Shown here: positions 35,232-43,918 of the stretch, piece by piece | Layout: each line of letters opens with the position of its first letter | How positions within the stretch are numbered: the stretch's first letter is position 1 | NCBI GenBank assembly: GCA_013115145.1 | Contig: JAAPAO010000277.1 | Span: forward strand, 1 to 43,918 | Source: Perkinsus chesapeaki ATCC PRA-425 | Taxonomy: Eukaryota; Protista; Perkinsozoa | Length of the DNA: 43,918 nucleotides | Direction: 5' to 3' | Notes under the pieces: model-generated | Told to the model about the DNA's origin: nothing | What the model saw: only the letters and a program-made list of their open reading frames with translations | Databases searched by the model: none | Made by a program: the position numbers and the translations under genes

Positions 35232-36957
35232 GCTATGTCTTCCTATTTTTGAAATCTCCTACATGTACTGCAGCGAATGTTTTTCCTGAACTTCCCTGTC
35301 ATCTGCTGTACTCATATCCACCTTCTGTGAATGATACCCTTCCCGTATCATTTTCTCTTTGTTACATAGAGCTATGATACTCTAACAGTGCTACTTGTGA
35401 TGTTGAGTAATTCCCTTTGGTGCTCAACATCGGAAAGCAACTTTTTGCTATTCAATACAACTTTCTTGGATACCAGAGGTGTTGGCGTTTATAGTGAAGC
35501 ACTGCAGCTTAACCATAAAAAGTTCTATTCTCTCTTATGGAAACCCAATGACGCATGGAAATGAGAGGTGCCTCATGTGTTCCAGTCATACCGATATCCT
35601 AACAACTCATTGACATACACTTACACGTACATAAAGCACGTTGTTCAGGATCGGTACCCCATGTGTAGTGATATGTTATAATATCGGAAGGTCTTCGAAC
35701 TCAGAAAACAGTATTGTTTTGATAAGCTACTCCGCTAAATAAAGTCAAGAGGCCTCGGTTAGGCGGCCTCAAAGCTGCTGGATAACACTCACCCCGGTGG
35801 CTTGATAGCCTGGAGCTCCACGACATGTTTCCGCCAATCGGTTGCTGACCGTCCTTATCTTCCGGTCCCTGCAGTCAGAGGTTTTGTAAATCTTAGAAGT
35901 AATCTCAAAATCCCCAAGTGCTCTGCATGTGTGAGGTAAAGAGGCATTTCATTTCATTATTCGAGTTGAATATTAAGTCACTTATCGCGCTAGGCGCGAC
36001 AAGGTTATGACGACGGGAATGCCCCAGCAAAGATTCCGCGGCGAAATCTAATCTCGGCACAAGTGCCTCGTGACAAGACTCATCCGGGAAGTCTGATCCG
36101 ATATTTGGTCCGATTGCTCGTTAATCGGGGCCACGCTGCCGCGCTTAATGTGATAAAGAACTAACCCGGAAAATCAGTGAGTAAAATCAGAAACAAATCA
36201 GCCAGTAAACCAGTGAGTGTCTATATTGCTGGCTAATCGCGGTGGCTGCTCCGATGTCAGGCGGCGCAGAGCGCGCCACGCAGTTAGCGCCTTGTGGGGT
36301 TCACACTGGCTATCTATAAAGGACTATACTGCCCTAGGGATTTTACAACAATAAGCTAACCATAATAATGATAATTTATGTTCTATATTTCATAATGAAC
36401 AACAAGCTTATGCAACACAATAAGTGTCTCATTTTAGAATGTCGAACTTGAGCGCATAATGGCACCGTTGGGCGGATAGGATCAATCTTCGACGCTATAG
36501 TTTCTGTCTAGTAAAATTGCTTTCAATACTGTGAAAGTAATCTGTATCATTCCGTATTTGTGTGAGTCGTTATCAACTGTAGCTGACATCTGAAAGGGTG
36601 CTGCACTCGTTTAGCATGTTGTTCTTCGCCTGCGAAGCATTCCCGATTCGTGAGTCACGAACTTGTGCATTCACTTGAGCCGCTTGTGCTAGAAAAGGCA
36701 CAGCTTGTCCTACACCAGCTCGTTTGCTAATTTGGGTCCTTGATCGTCCGAAGGAGTGGTGGCCGGACATTTTTAAATACGCTCCATTGCGCGCGGAAGA
36801 CTTTTTTGTGATATAGGCGAGGTTGTCTGAAGTCTTCAGGTTCAACCTCATGACTAGCTTAGATGGAGACTTCTTGTGAGCATTTGCGCACAATGTCGCT
36901 CCGGGCAACCTGCGTGAATCACTCCGCCCAATCGCATTAGTTATAGTGTTCAGAAGA

Positions 36958-37146
36958 ATGTCTAAGCCCTACTTATCCCTGTTCTGTATCATTTGGTTGT
37001 TCATTCTTGGTCCACTGCAATGTTATGCTCAACCCCGTGCCTTGGAAGATGTTGTTTGTCCACACTTCTGTGATCGTTGCCCACCACCCAATAAGTGTAC
37101 CGTTCAGGTTTGCTGTGGATGTCATTGCCGTTCACCCGATAGCTAG
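36958..37146 (+). CDS. Small secreted 8-Cys peptide precursor, copy 1 (62 aa)
   Basis: MSKPYLSLFCIIWLFILGPLQCYA|QPRALEDVVCPHFCDRCPPPNKCTVQVCCGCHCRSPDS*. Similarity to copy 2 starts at the ATG, and 3 of 4 differences are synonymous. Confidence 0.7.
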   Translation: MSKPYLSLFCIIWLFILGPLQCYAQPRALEDVVCPHFCDRCPPPNKCTVQVCCGCHCRSPDS

Positions 37147-37212
37147 CTCCTTGGCGATCATTTGAGCCTCCCCGCTAGAGGTAACCTGTCTCAATATACT
37201 TTAATGTTTAAG

Positions 37213-37382
37213 ATGAATCCTCCACCTTGCGCGGTATACCGTGTAGCACTCAACTGCAGTATCAGTAACTGCTTTTCACTTGAGAAAGAGTTGTGTACGA
37301 AACTAAGTAACAAGCATAATGGTTGGAACACCAGTTGATCGGCGCGACTAACAAAATACAGAACCATGGTGTGCGGCTTGGA
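37213..37382. repeat. Second duplicated block downstream of each peptide gene (37213-37382 vs about 39107-39274)
   Basis: cctccaccttgcgcggtataccgtgta...gtgcggcttg is shared, with scattered substitutions and a 2-nt indel. Confidence 0.9.
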
Positions 37383-37741
37383 TAATATCACTTCTCTGAG
37401 CCTGTGTGTTTAGTACAGCTTGGATGGGTTATGGACGACATCCACGCCGTCACTCGATATAGTCTTCCTTGGTAAGTTGATAGCTGAAAAAATGACCACC
37501 GAAGAATGAGTCCTAGTCCCATTCACTTTACAATTGTGGTTGCTGTTGTATCCACTTCTTCAACAAGTGCAAAGTTCCTGTATTCAATGTAAAGTGACTT
37601 GATTCAAGTCTGAAAAGCTCAACTGAGGTGAAGACACATAGAAGTAAGCCTTTTCTTCACTTCCGCAACATCAATCGCCAGGTATCGTCATGACATCGAG
37701 CGAAAGTAATGGCATGAAAAGTGCTTTGGTGGGTCCTCCTT

Positions 37742-38058
37742 GAAGACCTCCTGGAGGCTATTGGGACTTTTCTTTGTAGTTGACGAACATTTCGACTCCC
37801 CATCACGAGTGGTATTATACCACTGGTATACCCACGAACACGAACAGCAGTAAAGTCGCTCATTCATTCATTGTTCGTACCCCCGCAAAACTCTCGGTGG
37901 ACTTGATTTGGCCGCTCAAATCCTGACGCTGAGAGATTCAACTTGCGCGTCTTCGTTTGCCGCGAAAGAACGGGAATGCCAATCATCGTGGACTCACAGG
38001 GAATGCTTCTCAGAGGAGGGGCAATCCGCTAGCCTCGATAATGGGTATCGGCACCTGA
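37742..38058 (-). pseudogene. Decayed copy of exons found at 40577-40900
   Basis: gacctcctggaggctatt...ccccatcacgagtggta...gtttgccgcgaaa...atcggcacctga is shared. KLNLSASGFERPNQVH aligns with KLDLSASGFGRPNQFH, and stops or frameshifts are present. Confidence 0.65.
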
Positions 38059-38808
38059 GTCGAATTTCATGATGTGATACTACTCAAGACTGCTTGCGAA
38101 GCTATCACAAGCTCTTCGAAAGACTCCCATACACTGAGTAACCCCACTGCTAGTCAGTGGGTTTACACATTATTTTACGTATTTGAGGTCAATGAAGGGC
38201 TCTACAGCACTCATGTAATAGACGTTGCAAAAACACGTCTCAATCTCTTGAAAGCATATGCGCTCTACTGGGGACCCAACTTGGGGGGATGCAAGAGCCG
38301 GCTCCAGTCATACGTCTTGCGCCATTGCAAGCAAATAGTAAATATCAACAATCCGAGTCCTTGGGGACATAGGAAGGCGGAGGAGACTCTGACGAGGTGC
38401 GGGGTACTTCATGACCCTCGGTGAATGATGGTATACAGTGTGGAACTCTGATGACATTCCCAACAAGGTGCTGTTGGCAACACCTACAGCCCCTCCATGA
38501 TGGAGGCTCCATCGCCGTTATTTGCGATCTACTATTATCAAGCCATCAGACGCTCTAAATCAGCACCGACGATTCTTTGGGAGAGCAGCCCTCCTAGGGC
38601 CTTCTTAGGTCAGGTACTCCTTTGAGACCACAGGACTGAAAATGACTAAGATTGATGATTATCGGGATGTGAAAGCGGCAACGGAGAGAGACAGTCGACT
38701 CTATTTTTCCCGTGGGACGGCAGTACAGCTCCACTTTTGGGCAAGTAGAAGAAATGTTCTCAAGATATCTCACAAGCTCGCTTCGTCATTTAAGTTGCTA
38801 TCCTCAGT

Positions 38809-39030
38809 ATGTCTAAGCCCTACTTATCCCTGTTCTGTATCATTTGGTTGTTCATTCTTGGTCCACTGCAATGTTATGCTCAACCCCGTGCCTTGGAAGA
38901 TGTTGTTTGTCCACACTTCTGTGATCGTTGCCCACCACCCAATAAATGCTCCGTTCAGGTTTGCTGTGGATGTCATTGCCGTTCACCGGATAGCGTTCCC
39001 CTTGGTGGTCATTCAAGTGTTGGTGGCTAG
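38809..39030 (+). CDS. Small secreted 8-Cys peptide precursor, copy 2 (73 aa)
   Basis: Identical to copy 1 except T->S and an 11-aa C-terminal extension (VPLGGHSSVGG). Confidence 0.7.
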   Translation: MSKPYLSLFCIIWLFILGPLQCYAQPRALEDVVCPHFCDRCPPPNKCSVQVCCGCHCRSPDSVPLGGHSSVGG

Positions 39031-39624
39031 GAGTAACCCGGATTTAAGGCTGTGACAAATCAGGTATAAATCAGCTTTGTTGCTCACTTATCACGAGTGG
39101 TCGTCGGTGAGTCCTCCACCTTGCGCGGTATACCGTGTATCACTCAACTGCAGCATCAGTAACTGCTTTTCGCTTGAGAAAGAGTTGTGTACGAAGCCAA
39201 GTGACACGCACGATGATCAACACCAGTTGATCGGCGCGATTAACAACATACAGAACCACGGTGTGCGGCTTGAAATATCACTGTGAAGGGAGGATCCTAA
39301 ATGAAGGAGACACTCCGCCTTCCAACAGTAGCAGGCTTGAAACTCTGATACCTTAATCCATATTGATACTTCTTTTGTGATTTTAGTCGCGGCTCTCCTT
39401 GTTTGATTGGTGCTATGCTACACTGAGAGGGTGATAACTGGTGGGGTACTTTTTTCTGTTTGATCTTGTGTGTTTACAATTCAATTACAGTCATTGAATT
39501 ACTGTTCCCAAGTTATGAAGGATCTTTCATTGCGATGCAGCTACTACTTGCTTGACAAACGCAAGAGAATCCAACCCTGCTGAAAAGTCTACCATTATAA
39601 AATGAAAAATCGCTTTAACATTCC

Positions 39625-40900
39625 TCATAGAAACTTAAAGTAGGAGCTACTCCAAGGAACCAAAGCAAACCTCATTAAAAGCGGGTCCCCTCGCCAATAC
39701 CTAAAAGAAAGGATCACCTTAATGTCAGAAAGTGTGGTGGTAATTACTTTTCCATTACGATCTGTCAGCTTTGCCACACCAAAGGCCTCTGACATTTTTG
39801 ATAGCATATTACTCCCTTTGAGTGTCCATACATGTGATGCCTCAACATCCACAGCTAGGTTATTAAGCCTGAGGTAATCACCATATAACCCATAACAATG
39901 ATTCTTACTCTCCTCCGTTAAAAGTGCGAGCGACGCCTTGCTGATGACAAGTAAAATTGCCAGGGATTGCCTCAACTTTGCCGGTCTTAACGTCGAGGGA
40001 CTTCCAATAGTTGTATCTACACCCAGTTTGGTCTGGTAAAGATATCCTGCGCTACTTGTTATTCCCGAATGTTGCATCGGCAGTCCAGATAACAGTGTGT
40101 GGCTCGTTGTCGTTTTGTCCCATAAATATTGTGTGTATGAAGCGATATCCCCACACAGGACCATAGCTGGGACCGTAGTAGCGTTTAGAGTAGCTGAAGT
40201 AGTAATTTGATTTAATAATAATAAATGATGAAAGAAGAGGTTACCCGAACATGGATTCATGAGTCCCCTCTATAAGTAGATCTGCCCTTAATAACGGTCT
40301 GTGAATAACCTTATCTTCTTGACCGGGAACTTCCCAAGGGAAATGTAAACCATCCGTAGTGAAATGCCTGACACATAAGCTAGAGGTGTCAGAAAACATT
40401 CAAGAGTTACATTCGTAGAACTTCCTTCCCTTCGTGTTCCAATGCAAACTCTCCACTGCCTTTGGGGTCGTTAACGTCATCAATTAAAGTTACACTACCA
40501 AGTGAGCCGAATGATACTTTAACCTGCCGAAGGTGATGACGGCATCGGGAGGGTTTGGTGACTCACCTCCTTCTCGGAGACCTCCTGGAGGCTATTGAAA
40601 CTTTTCCCTTTATAGTCGACGAGCACTTTCGATTCCCCATCACGAGTGGTATACCTAAGGATGCGAGCAACAGACTGCTGTCAACAGTAAATTCGCTCAT
40701 TCGCTAAGCATTGTCCTCACCAAAGCCAGGCTCTCAGTGGAATTGATTTGGCCGACCAAATCCTGAAGCTGAGAGATCTAACTTGTGCATCTTCGTTTGC
40801 CGCGAAAAAATGGAATTGCCAGTCATCATGGATCCCCAGAGGAAATGTCTTCCGGGCAAGAGGCAAGCCGCTAGTCTCGATGATTGACATCGGCACCTGA
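39625..40900 (-). pseudogene. Hypothetical multi-exon gene or pseudogene of an unrecognised lineage-specific family
   Basis: Exon-like frames (KLDLSASGFGRPNQFH; YTTRDGESKVLVDYKGK; RYYGPSYGPVWGYRFIHTIFMG; LAVDVEASHVWTLKG...) with frame interruptions. Confidence 0.4.
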
Positions 40901-41402
40901 TAATGGTAACTTGAATGCTATCTTGCATGATCCTCGAGTCGGATATGATGGGTCTCGGATAGACACTGTGCTCAGCACAATTGTGGCGCACAATGCGCGC
41001 CATCAATACCCTACGGCGGCGCTGAAAGGCGCCCTTCGCACAAAGGCCACTCAGTGATGATTATGTGATCATTTCCCGTTATTATTTCTTTTCTATGATG
41101 ACAGAGTGTGATCAGTGGCGCCAGTAGGGCTACTGTCACACTAGCTGTAGTATTCATCTTTTTCTCTTGATTCGAGCCCTTGTAGATTGGGTTACTCTGT
41201 CTCTCTATTGTCGACAGAAAGGTAGCATGTTCATGCGTGAGAGTTGGTCCCCACGCAGGCGATAAGCGCCACGATCCATTATCGCTTAGAAAAGCTTCAG
41301 ACCAACTGAGTTATATCTCTAAGTTTTCTCCACTACGATACTAGAATATAACACATTCCAATAATTCATGTGGGAGGTATGGAATTTCCACAATGTACAG
41401 AT

Positions 41403-42859
41403 TTATAAGGCGGCGCCCAAACAGGTGACCTCTACGAGACTTAGAACAGAATCTGTTGTTGGGTACGACGGTTCAACTACTGAGCGACTGAGGAGGATAT
41501 TTCCACCACATGGCTATTGTGTACAGCAGTTGGTTACTCTGACAGTTTGGTAAGAAATAGATCACGCCAACCTTACCTGAGCCATAGTCTCTTCAGTGAG
41601 AGCAGCCCGTCCTTGTTCGAGTCGTCTTTCCATTAGTGTTGGCTTTCTCATTGTAATACTGACACCTGAAATGAACCTTTCTTAAACGTCTGTCATTTGG
41701 TGAGTACCTCCCAGACGACCGCCACCAAATAGCTCCGCAACAGCCGAATAGAACTTAGAACGATTAGTGTAAACATCGATGCCGACACTCGATATCTGCC
41801 GCTCTTTGGTAGCTTCATAGCTGTTAGAAATACCAATACCGGGGATTGAACCCACGCCCCCTCAGCTCACTCTTCCGATCTTTGCTGTGCCCAAGGCGTC
41901 CAAACTTCCGTTAAGCTTCTAAATTCTATATCAACAAAACCAGCCTCTTCCAGGTCTTGTTTGTACCTATCAAGCTCAATGAGGAAAACGATAAGAACAG
42001 GAAATGCCAACCACCTCTGAATATCGGTAACGGAGAGAGCGCCGACCATTTCACGAAGGAGTATCTCCTCTCTCCCCGTAAACTCCCCCTCCTCAGTAAC
42101 ATGTATCATATCTTCTATTAGGACCTAAAGGAAGAACTTGCCACTCGAGTTTCTCGTAAATGAGTCGCACCGTTCCGCCTGGTTTAACTGCTTCATACAT
42201 AGCCTTCAGAACACCAATACGATCGGGAATGTGAAGTATGACAAGTAGAGAGAATGCAGCATCGTAACTGAAATGAGATATCACAATCCGACCGGAGACA
42301 ACTGAGTTGGCAGCCCGCCGACCTTTCTTTATTAGCTGGTCCGTACATATCTTTGGTAGCGTCACCACAAACCAACTGAACTTTAGTCGACAGTCCAACG
42401 GCATCAGTTAGCTCTTTCCCTATATTGATAAGACCGGATTGAACATCGTAGCCGACAACAGAGCATCCGGACTTGTAAGAGATGTATCTGATAGAAAAAT
42501 AGTAAAAACGGCGGAGCGAGGTAATTTGTGAACAACCTGGCAGGACCACCAACGCCGCAGCCAACATCTAGAACTTTTACGTCGGGACCGAGGCCAAGGG
42601 TTTTGATAACTTCATCACAGGCGGCCAAGCCACGATAGTGATATCTATGAAAGAAAGACTATTAGAGAAGAATACGGTATGAAGAATTAACGCACTGATC
42701 TAGGTGGCCCAAACTCTCCAAGTCTTCGACTTTAAGTTCCTTTCGTTTATCAGCACTGAAATCGTCCATCCAGTTTTTCAAGGCTTTAACCCTCCAAGAA
42801 TACATAACATCTGGTAGAGTGTCTGCTGGTGAGGTTGACATGATAGAGGGCGGCGCCAT
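41403..42859 (-). CDS. Class I SAM-dependent methyltransferase, sarcosine/dimethylglycine N-methyltransferase-like
   Basis: HLDQ|YHYRGLAACDEVIKTLGLGPDVKVLDVGCGVGGPAR, VVGYDV, VCGDAT, YDAAFSLLVILHIPDR, AVKPGG and YKQDLEEAGFVDIE. The last exon is approximate. Confidence 0.85.
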
Positions 42860-42916
42860 GGAGAAGAAAAACAAGATACGAACGGAAATGCACAGAGAGG
42901 ATCCTCAGCTCACCAT

Positions 42917-43710
42917 TTAGCAAATAAATTTATTCATCAAACACAACAAGGCAAATTCAATAATCTGTCGGAGACAAATCACTTTCTATCCACGTTCCGT
43001 GAAGGGCTCCTCCAGCTGGGCTGCTGCTTGCGGGACTCACTCCACCGCCGTTTACCGACGATCTTCGAGCCTTCATGGCGGCTGTTCGACGTCGAGTTGT
43101 GATAACCGGACCTGAATATAGAATGATGGATTACGGAGGAGGAGGAGAGAGAAAGCTACATTCATCTCCTTCCCCTTCACGGAAGACTTTAACCGGGGAC
43201 CAGTGGACGTCTGATGGCTCTAGTGGCATGCCGTTGCCACGGGCTACCTGAACAATCAATAATAAATTCAACAACAACTATATCAACTTATATGCCCCTA
43301 TTATTAGGCAAATCCTTAGCTAGTAACATTGCAGCGTAGTTCTCTATTTTTTCGAGACCAACATGGATCTCACTCTCCACAATCGGACCCAACTCGTGAA
43401 TATGCTTACTGCTCGCAATGCTTCAATGGTTGGAATGTCACAGTTGACCCTCTTCTCCAACTTGGCCGGTGTCAATGCTGGTAGCCTATCCCCTGCAGAG
43501 GCCTTCGGTCGCAATCTTAAAACAAAAACATCCCCGCCACTGCCGCCGAGTCTACATTAACTCGTCCTACTTGTTCTGAGATGGCAACAATCCCGCCTCG
43601 GTAAGAGTACTCCAGATGTCACTTGGTATAACACTAGTAGCATGCGCTATCGATGCGATATTAACACTACAGCAGCTGACAGAGCTTCGCGAAGCTTCTT
43701 CCAACCTACA
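42917..43710 (-). CDS. 3' part of a MYST (MOZ/SAS) histone acetyltransferase; gene continues beyond the window
   Basis: VNIASIAHATSVIPSDIWSTLTEAGLL resembles the MYST C-terminal winged helix (isI..ls..Tsi...Dii.TL..l.l), and LEPSDVHWSPVK resembles the terminal id...L.W.P motif. The catalytic core is not in the window. Confidence 0.55.
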
Positions 43711-43823
43711 TAAAGTAGTAAGTCCATCAAGGAAGGGTTCGATTTTCATCATTTAAAGGATTTGTCTAGTCTTCGTGAACGATCCCGAATTCAGCACACA
43801 GCATACTACTGTATTATACGAAG

Positions 43824-43918
43824 AATACTACTTTAATAAAAATACTACTACTTTAATAATAATACTACTTTAATAATAATACTACTTTAATAATAATACT
43901 ACTTTAATAATAATACTA
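43824..43918. repeat. AT-rich ~17-bp tandem repeat (TAATAATAATACTACTT)n running off the window end
   Basis: About five near-perfect units, probably intronic in the MYST gene. Confidence 0.9.

Noticed and set aside
13105-35998. Shared CGCGCTAGGCG 11-mer at about 13106 and 35986
   Set aside because: Matches of this length are expected many times by chance in 44 kb.
36573-36908. 111-aa ORF as a retroelement integrase remnant
   Set aside because: No DDE, RT or zinc-knuckle motif could be identified.
39625-40260. 211-aa ORF as a standalone gene
   Set aside because: It appears to be read-through across introns and frames, and more protein-like exons lie in other frames over part of it.
1-43918. 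Stop-codon readthrough or an alternative genetic code to explain the fragmented ORFs
   Set aside because: In the conserved genes the breaks are resolved by canonical GT-AG introns under the standard code.

Overview
Eukaryotic, gene-dense DNA with many short GT-AG introns (mostly 40-60 nt). Intron style, composition and gene families best fit an alveolate protist, most likely a Perkinsus-type parasite (inferred, not verified). Hand-splicing the ORF fragments gives: a proline-racemase-family enzyme with a Ser/Cys catalytic pair, FRA10AC1, casein kinase 1, three paralogous AAAP amino-acid transporters, tRNA-Glu(CTC), a single-domain voltage-gated cation channel with C-terminal EF-hands, an Sfi1-like W/R-rich protein, two signal-peptide-bearing GNAT acetyltransferases, TMEM17, a sarcosine/dimethylglycine-methyltransferase-like SAM enzyme and the 3' end of a MYST acetyltransferase. 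There are also several secreted Cys-rich proteins, hypothetical genes, a segmental duplication with decayed copies, two minisatellites and one assembly gap. Best leads: (1) a duplicated, intronless 62/73-aa secreted 8-Cys peptide gene; (2) a pair of secreted GNATs; (3) a one-domain channel with a natural Asp-Asp filter; (4) the Ser/Cys racemase-fold enzyme. Multi-exon coordinates are hand-derived spans that include introns, and some termini are approximate.
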